From contig JBNAUL010000001.1 of the NCBI GenBank assembly GCA_049700835.1, positions 308,043-372,042 on the forward strand: a stretch of 64,000 nt of DNA, read 5' to 3'. A program made the position numbers and the translations under genes. Below the pieces are notes generated by a model. The model searched no databases. It worked only from the letters and a program-made list of their open reading frames with translations, and had not been told where the DNA came from. Numbering within the stretch: the stretch's first letter is position 1; the number at the start of each line of letters is the position of its first letter. Below are positions 1 to 10,771 of this stretch, piece after piece. This DNA comes from Candidatus Woesearchaeota archaeon (lineage in GTDB: Archaea > Nanobdellota > Nanobdellia > Woesearchaeales > WAPY01).

Positions 1-178
1 GTAATTTTGGTATGGTTGAGGTTTATTTGGATGGTTTGAGGTCTAGGGTTGATAGTGTTTGGAGGGGTTTGGGTAGGGTTGCTCCTGTTTTTGAGCGTCG
101 TTTGGTTTCTCGTGATGAAGTTTTGCGTAGTGTTGAGGAGGCTAGGAGGGAGAGGCAGAAAGCCATAAAAGAAGAAAA
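1..178 (+). repeat. Exact copy of 4456-4633 (T/G-wobble block; probably extends upstream of window)
   Basis: Direct base-by-base comparison, offset 4455. Confidence 0.95.
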
Positions 179-500
179 ATCTTCTGAAAAAGAAAAACAA
201 AAAGATAAAGAAAAGAAAAAGGAAAAGATAGTAAAACCTCTTGTTTTTGACAACGGCGCAATGGTTGGTTCAATAGAAGAATTATTAGACGCTTTACCTC
301 CGATGAGTGTTTCTGTGTTCAGTAAACATGTAAATCAGTCAAAGAACGACATTAAGGATTGGATTGAAAAGGAGTTTAAGGATGAGCAGTTAATAAAAGC
401 AGTTAGTGTTTTAACTAAAAAGGAGATGATAGACAACATAAAAAAATATTTAGAAGAAAAGAACAAAGATAAGAAAGAGGAAAAAGAAGAAAAGAAATAG
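1..500 (+). CDS. C-terminal part (5'-truncated by window) of a paralogous membrane-anchored HerA/VirB4-like ATPase, ending in a DUF5752-like domain
   Basis: nt 1-178 are identical to 4456-4633 of the downstream ATPase. The tail has a divergent DUF5752-like motif (VFDNG..VGSIEELL...FSKHVNQSKNDIKDWI). Confidence 0.8.
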   Translation, partial: NFGMVEVYLDGLRSRVDSVWRGLGRVAPVFERRLVSRDEVLRSVEEARRERQKAIKEEKSSEKEKQKDKEKKKEKIVKPLVFDNGAMVGSIEELLDALPPMSVSVFSKHVNQSKNDIKDWIEKEFKDEQLIKAVSVLTKKEMIDNIKKYLEEKNKDKKEEKEEKK

Positions 501-689
501 ATGTGCACATAAAAGGAACTCAGTGAAATCTAAATTTACTAATTTAAATTATTAAATTAACAAATCTAAATTTTATGTTTTTGTTCTCTTCAATCTTTTT
601 TTGGTTGTTACATTCATTTAAAATATTTAAAATCAAATTTTTAGAAACAGAACAATTGTGAATTTTAGCAATTGTGTAAGTAATACTTT

Positions 690-807
690 TACATACTTAG
701 TATGTATTAGTAAGTAAAGTAATTTTAAGCGTTACAATTATTATAACTTTTAAAAAAGAGATATAAAACAGAAACATTTATATATCAATATACATATTTA
801 GTATGTT
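690..807 (+). promoter_or_regulatory. Putative archaeal promoter with operator palindromes
   Basis: Perfect 8-1-8 palindrome TACATACT-T-AGTATGTA (690-706) and a near copy TACATATTTAGTATGTT (791-807) flank a BRE/TATA-like GAAACATTTATATA (771-784), upstream of two RHH genes. Confidence 0.5.
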
Positions 808-909
808 TTAGTATGATATTTCATTATGGGGTGATGCTCTATAAGAAAACAAGCGCGCGAGCAGGAAAAAAATGCTGCATATGAAAATAAGAATTCTAAA
901 AAAGATTCT

Positions 910-1164
910 TTGTACAGAATTAAAAAAAACCAAAGCATTGATTTCAATTTTGCAGATTTATTCAACGATGTAAATACAAAAAAAATCAATAATAAAAAGC
1001 GCAGTAAAAGAATAACAATTACAATAGATAAAAATCTGCTTAATTTTTTGGATCACCTTATTTCTAAGAGAATTTTTGCCAATAGGAGTCATGCTTTTGA
1101 ATTTTTAATAAGAAAGAGAACAGAATTTGAGAATGAAAGAGAGAATTACTATTACCTTAAATGA
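910..1164 (+). CDS. Ribbon-helix-helix (CopG/Arc/MetJ-like) DNA-binding protein; start uncertain
   Basis: KRITITIDKNLLNFLDHL...FANRSHAFEFLIR is a typical RHH pattern. Confidence 0.75.
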   Translation: MYRIKKNQSIDFNFADLFNDVNTKKINNKKRSKRITITIDKNLLNFLDHLISKRIFANRSHAFEFLIRKRTEFENERENYYYLK

Positions 1165-1297
1165 GGAACTGCTGGACTGGATAGATAACAAAATTAAGAA
1201 GAGAATTTTTGCCAATAGGAGTCATGCTTTTGAATTTTTAATAGCAAGATTGATGGAAAACAACAAGCTTCAGAGCGAAGATGAAAACAAGAGATAA
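1133..1297 (+). CDS. Second RHH protein, 54 aa (not in ORF track)
   Basis: Manual translation MKERITITLNEELLDWIDNKIKKRIFANRSHAFEFLIARLMENNKLQSEDENKR. It overlaps both neighbours and shares 45 identical nt with the first RHH (1066-1110 = 1199-1243). Confidence 0.8.
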   Translation: MKERITITLNEELLDWIDNKIKKRIFANRSHAFEFLIARLMENNKLQSEDENKR

Positions 1298-4200
1298 AAC
1301 CAAAGATTTAGGAAAAGGGAAAAACTTGAAAAATCTTAAAAAGCATTTTGACGAAGGCGGATTTAGGGCAACATTTTATGCCTTGCTGGCAGCAATACTT
1401 GCAATCCTTGCAATAATTGTTCTCATACATATTAAGAATTACATTGGATATATGGCACTTCAAACAAGAGCAGGTTCAATCTCTGAATTGAAGATTGACC
1501 TACGATTGCCAGCATCGATATGGAGCGGATTTTACGGTTTAGGGCTAATGGTTCCTGGATATACAGAACAACAACTTGATGTTGCAATTGGCAATACAAT
1601 TAAGAACAAGCACTTGGTTTTTGACTGCTTGAAATACGATGAAGAAAATCCTCCTGAAATTTATGCTTCAACCTCTCCTGTCATTCTCTGGGAAACACTA
1701 AGCCCAGCAACAACAGACATGGTTGACAATTACTTGGAAGTAAGCCCTGATTACATAATGTCAGGCACAAATACCTTCACAACGACTATGACAATAAGAT
1801 TAGGAGATAGAAACATAACAAACATTCCAGCAACACATACTAAAAAATTTGGAGCTCCTGACAGCATGCTCTTTGACATTGGAGTTTTGAGAGACGCAAA
1901 CAACAACTTAGTTTTTGTAACTCATGTTACAGACTATGTCAGGGGCTTTAACAACGAACTTGTAAACTATCAAATGCTACTTCCTGTAAAATCAGATACG
2001 ACACCTGTTTATTATTTCTTTAGAGACCCTTATGAGGAGTGTCCTGCAGGCCCAGCACCAGCAGTAAATACTACTTTGTATGGTTATGTTTTTGACAACG
2101 AAACATTGGAGGCATTAGCGAATGTTACAATAAGGATACAAGGAATAGAAGCCCTGACAGACGAGAATGGATTTTACAACATAACAGCATTGGACGGAAC
2201 TTATAACTTGTTTGGTTCAAAAGAAGGTTATCATAACTATATAACAACAATAAATTTGACACCTGACAACTCAAGCACTCCTGAGAGAGAAGACATAAAA
2301 GAATTCAACTTTACAATGCGAAAAATACATGGTCTTGAGTTTGGTAACGGGACGCTTAAAGGTATGGTAACAGATTCAGGTTCTAAACAGCCGTTAATCA
2401 ATGTTTCAATAATCATAGCAGGAATTTTAGTCTATACTAATACTTCAGGAGAATACGAAATAAACCTTACAGAAGGCAACCACACATTAATCGCTTTAAA
2501 ACAAGGATACAAAGATTTTTACAATTTTAGCGTTCCTGTAATAAGAAACAATGTTACAAATTACAATTTCTCAATGACCCTGTTGCCGCCACCGCAAGAA
2601 GCGCAAATCCAAAAGACAGGAACAACAGAATTCACTTCCAATGCCCCTCAAGTCCCTCCGCAGATACAGGAACCTATTGAGATAATAGACCACATAGTTT
2701 CAATGAGAATGATAGATGAGCAACTTAGAAAGGACTCTTTCATTGACAGATTGATGACTATAAAAAGTTACAAGAGAACAACAGCGCAAATAACATTGTC
2801 TGTTTTAGGAGATGTCGCTGATATGGTTCTGCTTGATAAATCAAAATTGATAATAGAACCACAAGGAAGCGAGAACTTAAGCATAAGATTGTTGGCAAAC
2901 AAAGAGCCAGGAATCTATGAAGGGGTTTTGGTCATGCAAGGTGATTTTGAGGATAGAATACCTATAAGAATTATTGTCTATGAAAAAGAGAGGTTGCCAA
3001 TTGAATCAATGCTTATAAAAGTAACTCCACTCAAAGATGTCATAAGCCCTGGAACTGATTTAAAGTTCAGGGTTTCATTAACTAATTTGTTGAAAGAACA
3101 GTACTACAATGTGACTTTGAAATACTATTTGATAAATGAAAAGACAAACGAATCAATATTCTTAGGAGATGATTATGAGATACTGCAGACCTCCTTATCA
3201 TTAATAAAGTCCTATAAAACAAATAGTACAATAGAAGAAGGTTTTTACAGAATTGAAGTTAAGACAGAATACTTAAACTTTGAATCCTATGCAAGTACAA
3301 TCATAAGAATAGCAAAACCATTCTACATGTATGCCCTGTTCGGCATTCTCCCTCTATGGCAATTGTTCCTGATAATTTTGGTGGGTTCTATATTGAGTTT
3401 TGCTTATGTTCGTTATCGTGTTTTTAGGAGGTCTAGGCTTAGGTATGGTGTTTCTGTTGATGTTAGGAGTTTGCGTCGTGTTTCTGATAAGTTGGGTTTT
3501 GTTGGTAAGGTTGCTGAGGTTGGTGTTCCTTTTTATTTTGATTTGAATTTGTTGTCTACTCATTGTATTGTTGCTGGTGCTACTGGTGGTGGTAAGAGTG
3601 TTGCTGCTCAGGTTTTTGTTGAGGAGTGTTTGAAGCGTGGTGTTGGTGTTTTGGTTTTTGATCCTACGGCTCAGTGGTCTGGTTTTTTGAGGGCTTGTTC
3701 TGATGTTAGGATGTTGGGTTTGTATTCTGGTTTTGGTTTGCGTAGGGGTGATGCTCGTGGTTTTCCTGGTAATGTTCGTTTGGTTAGGGATGCTAGGGAG
3801 GTTGTTGATGTTAGGCGTTTTTTGAAGGCTGGTGAGATTAATGTTTTTGTTTTGAGTAGGTTGGAGCCTGAGGATATTGATTTTTTTGTTGCTAATACTG
3901 TTCGTGAGGTTTTTAGGGCTGGTTTTGATGAGTTTGGTGGTTTGCGTTTTTTGTTGGTTTATGATGAGGTTCATCGTTTGTTGCCTAGGTTTGGTGGTTC
4001 TGGTGAGGGTTTTGTTCAGATTGAGCGTGCTTGTCGTGAGTTTCGTAAGTGGGGTGTTGGTGTTGTTTTGATTAGTCAGGTTTTGTCTGATTTTGTTGGT
4101 GAGATTAAGGCTAATATTAATACTGAGGTTCAGGTTAGGACTCGTGATGAGGGTGATTTGCAGCGTGTTCGTGAGAAGTATGGTGAGGAGTTTTTGAGGG

Positions 4201-5081
4201 GTTTGGTTAGGGCTAGTGTTGGTACTGGTTTGTTTGAGAATCCTGTTTATAATGGTGGTAGGCCTTTTTTTGTTAGTTTTAGGCCTTTGTTGCATAGTGT
4301 TTCTAGGTTGTCTGATGGGGAGTTGGATGCTTATGATCGTTTTAATGGTTTGGTTGATCAGTTGGGTTTTGAGTTGGATTCTTTGGAGGGTTTGGGTGTT
4401 GATGTTTTTGATTTGCGTTTGGAGTTGAGGTTGGCTTTGGATAAGTTGAAGGTTGGTAATTTTGGTATGGTTGAGGTTTATTTGGATGGTTTGAGGTCTA
4501 GGGTTGATAGTGTTTGGAGGGGTTTGGGTAGGGTTGCTCCTGTTTTTGAGCGTCGTTTGGTTTCTCGTGATGAAGTTTTGCGTAGTGTTGAGGAGGCTAG
4601 GAGGGAGAGGCAGAAAGCCATAAAAGAAGAAAAGAAGGCAAAGGGAGAAGAGGAAGCATCAGAAGAAGAATTTAAAGAAGAAACAACCGAAGAAACAGAA
4701 GAAAATAACAACAAAAAGGAAAATAAAGAAGAACAGAAAAATCAAGATGTCAATAAAGAAAATAAAAACCTTGAAAACCAGAATGAAAAAAATGAAATTA
4801 AACCTGATAAAATTGAACTTTTGAAAAAGGAAACAGAGCCGCAATTCTATTTTGTTTTGGAAAATGGAAAACAACTCAAGAGCATTTACGATTTAATTGA
4901 GGAATTAGAAATTATGAGTGATGATGTTTTTTATCATCATGTTAATGATTTTAAGAATGATTTTGAGAATTGGGTTAGGTTTGTTTTTTTGAACAATGAA
5001 TTGGCTGATAAGATTTCAAAAACCAAAACAAAAAGAGACATGTTAAAAGCGATGGGTGAGTATATTGGAAGAAGCAGTTGA
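1281..5081 (+). CDS. Membrane-anchored HerA/FtsK/VirB4-like (DUF87-type) ATPase with extracellular subunit-like and Ig/carboxypeptidase-regulatory-like domains and a C-terminal DUF5752-like domain
   Basis: N-terminal hydrophobic segment, two GxVxD..T..xxNVxI repeats, a TM near 3330-3410, Walker A GATGGGKS, VFDP, Walker B LLVYDEVH, REFRKWG, ISQ and HHVNDFKNDFENW. Confidence 0.85.
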   Translation: MKTRDKTKDLGKGKNLKNLKKHFDEGGFRATFYALLAAILAILAIIVLIHIKNYIGYMALQTRAGSISELKIDLRLPASIWSGFYGLGLMVPGYTEQQLDVAIGNTIKNKHLVFDCLKYDEENPPEIYASTSPVILWETLSPATTDMVDNYLEVSPDYIMSGTNTFTTTMTIRLGDRNITNIPATHTKKFGAPDSMLFDIGVLRDANNNLVFVTHVTDYVRGFNNELVNYQMLLPVKSDTTPVYYFFRDPYEECPAGPAPAVNTTLYGYVFDNETLEALANVTIRIQGIEALTDENGFYNITALDGTYNLFGSKEGYHNYITTINLTPDNSSTPEREDIKEFNFTMRKIHGLEFGNGTLKGMVTDSGSKQPLINVSIIIAGILVYTNTSGEYEINLTEGNHTLIALKQGYKDFYNFSVPVIRNNVTNYNFSMTLLPPPQEAQIQKTGTTEFTSNAPQVPPQIQEPIEIIDHIVSMRMIDEQLRKDSFIDRLMTIKSYKRTTAQITLSVLGDVADMVLLDKSKLIIEPQGSENLSIRLLANKEPGIYEGVLVMQGDFEDRIPIRIIVYEKERLPIESMLIKVTPLKDVISPGTDLKFRVSLTNLLKEQYYNVTLKYYLINEKTNESIFLGDDYEILQTSLSLIKSYKTNSTIEEGFYRIEVKTEYLNFESYASTIIRIAKPFYMYALFGILPLWQLFLIILVGSILSFAYVRYRVFRRSRLRYGVSVDVRSLRRVSDKLGFVGKVAEVGVPFYFDLNLLSTHCIVAGATGGGKSVAAQVFVEECLKRGVGVLVFDPTAQWSGFLRACSDVRMLGLYSGFGLRRGDARGFPGNVRLVRDAREVVDVRRFLKAGEINVFVLSRLEPEDIDFFVANTVREVFRAGFDEFGGLRFLLVYDEVHRLLPRFGGSGEGFVQIERACREFRKWGVGVVLISQVLSDFVGEIKANINTEVQVRTRDEGDLQRVREKYGEEFLRGLVRASVGTGLFENPVYNGGRPFFVSFRPLLHSVSRLSDGELDAYDRFNGLVDQLGFELDSLEGLGVDVFDLRLELRLALDKLKVGNFGMVEVYLDGLRSRVDSVWRGLGRVAPVFERRLVSRDEVLRSVEEARRERQKAIKEEKKAKGEEEASEEEFKEETTEETEENNNKKENKEEQKNQDVNKENKNLENQNEKNEIKPDKIELLKKETEPQFYFVLENGKQLKSIYDLIEELEIMSDDVFYHHVNDFKNDFENWVRFVFLNNELADKISKTKTKRDMLKAMGEYIGRSS
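3393..4633 (+). repeat. T/G-wobble block covering the whole ATPase domain; shared with upstream paralogue
   Basis: By manual reading all codons in 3393-4571 end in T or G. The last 178 nt are duplicated at 1-178. Confidence 0.85.
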
Positions 5082-5265
5082 TATTCCGGAATCAAAGTAT
5101 TTTGTTTTAAAAGACGGAAAAAGATTAGCTTCAATTCAAGAGTTAGTTGAAGCTTTAAGGGTTATAAGTGATGATGTTTTTTATCATCATGTTAATGATT
5201 TTAAGAATGATTTTGAGAATTGGGTTAGGTTTGTTTTTTTGAACAATGAATTGGCTGATAAGATT
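4917..5265 (+). repeat. 99-bp exact direct repeat (4917-5015 = 5167-5265) encoding the DUF5752-like core
   Basis: Direct comparison, offset 250; the first 25 codons all end in T/G. Confidence 0.95.
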
Positions 5266-5619
5266 GGCAAGTTTAAAACAAGAAATGATATCCTGCTGGA
5301 ACTGCAGAATTATGTTTTAAAAAATAAACAGAACAAGCAAGAAATAAATCAGATTAAAAAGAGCGATTTGCCAAAAGAAGATAAAAATCCAAAAATCCTA
5401 GAGTTGGAAACAAGATTAGAAAGCATTAGAAAGAGAATATCAGAACTTAGAAAGCAGGGTTTTGATACAAAAAATGCAGAACTTATGATTTTGATGGTTC
5501 CCCCAAGGATAAGGTTTGCAGAGATAACATGTAATGAAATTGATTTTTTCAAGGCAGAGCAGAGCATAAAGAATATTGAACTAGAACTGAAAGAAATTGA
5601 GAGTTCAAAACCAAACTAG
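5056..5619 (+). CDS. DUF5752-like domain protein with C-terminal helical region
   Basis: YFVLKDGKRLASIQELVEAL...FYHHVNDFKNDFENWVRFVF..ELADKI. Confidence 0.75.
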   Translation: MSILEEAVDIPESKYFVLKDGKRLASIQELVEALRVISDDVFYHHVNDFKNDFENWVRFVFLNNELADKIGKFKTRNDILLELQNYVLKNKQNKQEINQIKKSDLPKEDKNPKILELETRLESIRKRISELRKQGFDTKNAELMILMVPPRIRFAEITCNEIDFFKAEQSIKNIELELKEIESSKPN

Positions 5620-5681
5620 ATTCAGGAGGAAATTGCTGAAATAAAATCAAACTCAGAATTTGAAAATGAAAAAAAAGAGGT

Positions 5682-6617
5682 GTGAAAATGTTTAAGTTTT
5701 TTAAGAAAAAGAGTAAAGAAGAAGAAAATATCTCCGAACAAGAAAAACTTGATCAAGCAGAAGAACAGCAGATTAATGTTGAAACTCAAAAACAGGCATC
5801 ACTCAACATTGAAGCAGAAGTTTTAAGGCTTAAATCAACAGTAGAAGCTCTTGGAGAAGTTAGAAAAGCAACAGAAGAAAGATTGGGAAATCTAAGCCAG
5901 CAAGTTGGAGAATTGAGAGGAATGATTGTAGACAGGGACAAGCAGATATCGCAGATAGAAGTAAAAGCAACAAAAGCAGCTGATTTAGTCCAAGCAGTTC
6001 ATCCTGAAGAATTGATGTCAGAGGTTAAGCGCGAGGATGCAAAGATAGAAGCAGTAAAAGCGATGGTTGAGAGCAAAGAACTGGTTTTAAAGCAGGTCTT
6101 GGACGAAATGAAGCAGTTGAGAACAGAAGTGAACAAATTCAAGGGAATTGAAGAAATAATAAAGATGAGCAAGGAAGTTAGCCAGGAATTAATAAACATA
6201 AAGAAAGAAAGGGCAATCATTGAAAGGCACTCCAACAAGGTTGAAACTCTTTTCGTGGAAATGCAAAAGGAATTCAATGAATTTAAACAATTGCAAGACA
6301 AAATCACTGACCTTACAAAAACCACGTCGGACATGAACACTCTTGTGGACAAACTAAAAATCAGCGTTGAAGAAGCAGCAAAGCAGAAAGAACTGAGTAA
6401 GTTGAGCACGAATTTTGAAGAATTCAAGAAGCAAGTCACAAATATCGTTGATTTGTTCAACAAGAAATTTGTAGAACTGCAAAAGAACACAAGATTGGAA
6501 TTGCAACTGTTCCAAGAAGCATTTAACAAAAAAGCAGAAGAAAAACTTAAGGAAATAGAAGAAAAGATCGATGAGATAAAGAAAAAGGAAGCGGAAATAA
6601 AGGCAACCGTAAGGTGA
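5682..6617 (+). CDS. Cytoplasmic coiled-coil protein
   Basis: E/K/Q-rich heptad pattern throughout; GAGGTG RBS upstream. Confidence 0.75.
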   Translation: MKMFKFFKKKSKEEENISEQEKLDQAEEQQINVETQKQASLNIEAEVLRLKSTVEALGEVRKATEERLGNLSQQVGELRGMIVDRDKQISQIEVKATKAADLVQAVHPEELMSEVKREDAKIEAVKAMVESKELVLKQVLDEMKQLRTEVNKFKGIEEIIKMSKEVSQELINIKKERAIIERHSNKVETLFVEMQKEFNEFKQLQDKITDLTKTTSDMNTLVDKLKISVEEAAKQKELSKLSTNFEEFKKQVTNIVDLFNKKFVELQKNTRLELQLFQEAFNKKAEEKLKEIEEKIDEIKKKEAEIKATVR

Positions 6618-6671
6618 GTTCAAGCAAAAATTCAATCGATGAGCATATGAACAGATAAGCATACGAGCAAG

Positions 6672-9600
6672 ATGAAGTTTTTAAGAGAAAAAGACAAACG
6701 GATAGAGAAAAACAAGCAAGTTTTTTGGTTAAATCTGCTTTTAAAAGCACTCTTAGATACTAATTTAGATAAAAAAATAAATAAAAAACCAGAAATAAAA
6801 AAATTGATGTTGCTTTTTATTTTGATATTTTTATTAATAGCAACATTAAATTTGAGTTCAAGCTTTGCACTTAAAAACTTGAATTCAAAAATAAGAATTG
6901 ATAAAAAAGAGGTTTTTGCAGGAGAAAAGATTAACATAAATCTTAACAGATTTTTTGAGAACTCTAAAATATTAATAAACTGTACTATTGAAAACAAAAC
7001 TGAAACATATAAACTATTCAACATTAAGAACAGTTTAACATTCACTCCTAAAAAACAAGGAAATTGCACGATTTATTTAATGTACGGAGAGGAAGTATTA
7101 GATTTTGATTCTTTTGTTGTTAAAAATCATGAAGAGAGCATTAAAGACACTGCTGTTTTATCTCAAAACAATTCTTATGAATTGAATATTTTAGAAAATC
7201 AAGAAAACGGCAAAGCAGGCATAGTAGAAAATGCAGAAGAATTTGCAAAAGAATTGCTGAAGAATGAAACAAAACAGATTGAGATTAAAAAGAGGAACAT
7301 TATTGAAAATGAAACAAAAAACAGAATACTCCATATTAAAGACAGCAGAAACAGAGAGATAAAAAAAGTAGAGACAAAGATAGAAATTTCAGAGAACAAC
7401 GATAAAGTTAATTCTAAAAAATTAATAGCAGAATTTAAAAATGCGAATGTTAATAAAATAGAATTTGAGAACATTGAACTCAGTCAGGAATCAGAATTGA
7501 GAATTGAAGATATTCCTTTGGAAAGAGTTAAGTCAAAAATTAAATTTAACAATCCAATAAAAGCATACGCAATAGATCCAACGAGATTAAACTTTACAAG
7601 AGCAAAACTAACATCAACAGCAATTGGAAATCAACTTTTAAAGTGCAAGGAATGGGATTTTGAAAAAAAAGAATGCAACGGCACTTGGATTAAAATAATG
7701 GATTTAATGCCAAATGAGGAATACACAATAGAAATAACCAAAGAAGACCCTGCATTCGTTGAAACAGGAATATCTGCAATAAACACAAAAAAACCAATAT
7801 ACAAACCAGGAGAAAATGCAGAAATCTTCATAACCGTATTAGATATTGAAGGATATTTAGTTTCAAATGCCGAGGTCAATCTTACAATAAGAACCCCAAA
7901 CAATCAAAGCTTTTACTTCTCAACATTAAACAACACAATAGCAGAAGTGCAAAAAGGGATTTACAAAGCAGAATATAACAGTACATTAGAAGAAGGAAAA
8001 TACTTGCTTGAAACAAGAGCAGCAAATTCTTATTTAGAACTTAACTTTAATTCAAGCTTTTCAGTATTAAGTTATTATCCTTATGATATAGTAAGGGAAA
8101 CTCCTTTTAGCATAGACCCGATAAGGCAAAGCTTAACAACAAAAATAAGAGTTGTTTCTTTTAGAGATAATAAATTCAATCTTACAGAATTCATTCCAGC
8201 AGAGTTTATAATAATAAACACAACAGCAGATTATCAAACAACGAATGAAGAAATCAAAACTAAAGAACTAAAATGGGTTGATTTAGAAAATAATTCTATC
8301 ATAGAATACACAGCAGTGCTTCCACCAAAATATCCAGAACTTTACACAATAAAATCATTCGTGGAAGATTCTTATGGTTATTTTGAAGAAGCAAGACCAT
8401 GGTTTTTAGCAGCTGATCCTGCTACTGGAAGAGCGCTCATTGTTTATAAAGTAAACTCTAACAATCCTTACTATAATATTTGGAACGGAACAAGTTTGTC
8501 ATCAGCATCAACAGCAACTAGTGTTGGAGCTAGACCTGATTGGATAGAATTAGCTTCTAATCCTAATTCTGAAGAGATAATAATGGCAACGCTTGACAAT
8601 GCAAATGATATTAATGTTCAAGTATGGAATGGAACAGCGTGGATTTCTCAATTGGAACTCGAAACAAATTCTAATGTTAATTATAAAAGTTTTGATGTTG
8701 CTTATGAAAGTTTTAGTGGAAGAGCATTGGTTGTTTATACTGATGGAACAGCAATTCCTAAATACTATATTTGGAATGGAAGTTCTTGGCTTGGAGAGTA
8801 TAGCGCAAGCAACACCGGTTCAACAGTGAGATGGGTTGAATTAGCATCAGACCCAAATTCAAATTATATAATGTTAGTAACTGAAGATGGAGATGCAGCA
8901 GCTGACATCAACGTTCAAATTTGGAATGGGAGTTCTTGGGGAGCTACTGTTGAACTAACAACAAATGCTTTTCCAAACTATAAAAACTTTGGTGTCAGGT
9001 GGAGCACTAATGATTATGCAATAGTAGTTTATGGAACAGCAAGTTATGAACAAGTTAGATACGCTATTTATAACAAAACAACAAGTTCTTGGCCAATAAC
9101 AAACGGTTTAGCTCTATCGGTAGAAACAGGAGGAGGCACAGATTATCCTTATTGGATTCAACTAGAGGCAAGCAGAACAAATGATTACATGATTTTATTA
9201 GCATCTGACAATGAAGATGATATTCATGCAAGTTATTGGAATGGAACTTCACAAAGTTGGGTTGATTTAGGACAGATAACAGGGGCTCTTTCATATGCTG
9301 CTTACAGGCCATTTGACTCTGCATTTGAGACATCATCTGGAGAAGCAATTATTGTTTATTCTGACAATAATCAAGGAAACATAAGATATAGAACATGGAT
9401 TAATGGTATTTTAAGCGGAGCATCAAATGTTTACAATGTTGGTGAAGAACAATACTGGTTAAAATTAACCTCTAATCCTGAAACAGATGAAATTTTGCTT
9501 GCATCAATAGATTCTGGAAGCGATTTAACACTTCATGTTTGGAATGGAAATTCCTGGAGTTATTTAGGAGAGTTGTCAAACGGAGAAGTTACTTCAACAA

Positions 9601-10671
9601 GAGATGGGGTTGATGTTGCTTATGAGTTAAAAGCAACAATACCTCCAAGTTTTACAATTTGGAACATAAGCAATTCTACAGGAGTTATTCCTGACTACAG
9701 CAATCAAACAAGAGGGCAAATAATAAGAGCTTATGCTTTGTGGAACCAAGTTATAAATCAATCGTACGCAGAACACAATGGTTTAGGAACACTATTGAAT
9801 TTTACAATAGACCCTCCTTATACCAATTCTTGGACAAACTACACCTTAAACACTACTGATACAACAATAATAAACACTTTAGGATTGATAAACATCTCAA
9901 TATGGGCTAAGAACAGGTACGGAATTTGGGCAAGAACAACCCCAACACTGCACTTTTATCTTTGGGCTTTGTTAAATATAACAAACATAAGCATAACAGA
10001 CGATTACATCAGCATTGGAGAAACAACAACAATCACTTGCGAAGTAAAAGATGCATATTTAAATATTCCAATAGGCAATTATAATGTTTCTTTTTATCTG
10101 AACAATTCTTTAATAGGTAGTTCTATTACAAATACTCTTGGCTTAGCAAGCATAAACTATACAGGAACAGTTGATGGGGTTTATAATGTAACCTGCAACA
10201 TAAGCAATGATTTTTCAAGATGGTATAAAGTTTCGTCAAGAAATTGGGCTAATGTTACATTAATAGTAACCTCTCAAGATGCAACTCCTCCAGTAATAAA
10301 TTATGTTTATGATTATCCAGATCCTGTTGCATATGATGGTATTGTAACAATAGGAGCAAATGTTACTGACAATGTAAATATTAGTACTGTTGTTGTTGAA
10401 ATAAATAATGTTAATTATACAATGAACTATGTTGAAGGAGATATTTGGAGTTATTTTTATAATGTTAGTAGTCTAAGCATCGGAACTTACAATTACACTG
10501 TTTATGCAAATGACAGTGCTGGTTTAAAAGCAGATCCAGTTAAGGGAAACTTCACAATAACAAACCAATTGTTTGTTAAAGTTGATACTGATAAACAATC
10601 GTACGAGTTAGGGGAAAATGTTAGTGTTTTTGTTAATGTTTCTGTTTCTGGTGTTGGTCAGGATGTTGGTG
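6672..10671 (+). CDS. Giant secreted surface protein 1, N-terminal part (signal/TM, MG2-like, WNGxxW beta-propeller repeats, Ig-like); start probably later than 6672
   Basis: Hydrophobic LMLLFILIFLLIATL segment, TKKPIYKPGE motif, repeated (I/V)WNG(T/S)xW blades; the frame is open into the N gap. Confidence 0.8.
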
Positions 10672-10771
10672 NNNNNNNNNNNNNNNNNNNNNNNNNNNNN
10701 NNNNNNNNNNNNNNNNNNNNNNNNNNNNNNNNNNNNNNNNNNNNNNNNNNNNNNNNNNNNNNNNNNNNNNN
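10672..10771. other. Scaffold gap (100 N) inside giant gene 1, probably a collapsed repeat
   Basis: Open frames on both sides; the flanks carry the T/G-wobble signature. Confidence 0.9.

Noticed and set aside
3354..4295. 313-aa minus-strand ORF (T/N/K/I-rich) and short plus-strand alternative frames
   Set aside because: Shadow ORFs: T/G-only wobble removes stop codons from other frames; low-complexity product with no RBS.
3393..4633. Sequencing artefact, or horizontal transfer from one donor, as the cause of the G/T-rich blocks
   Set aside because: The bias respects codon position and catalytic motifs, and affects unrelated domains of 29-1,200 bp within native genes with a consistent polarity.
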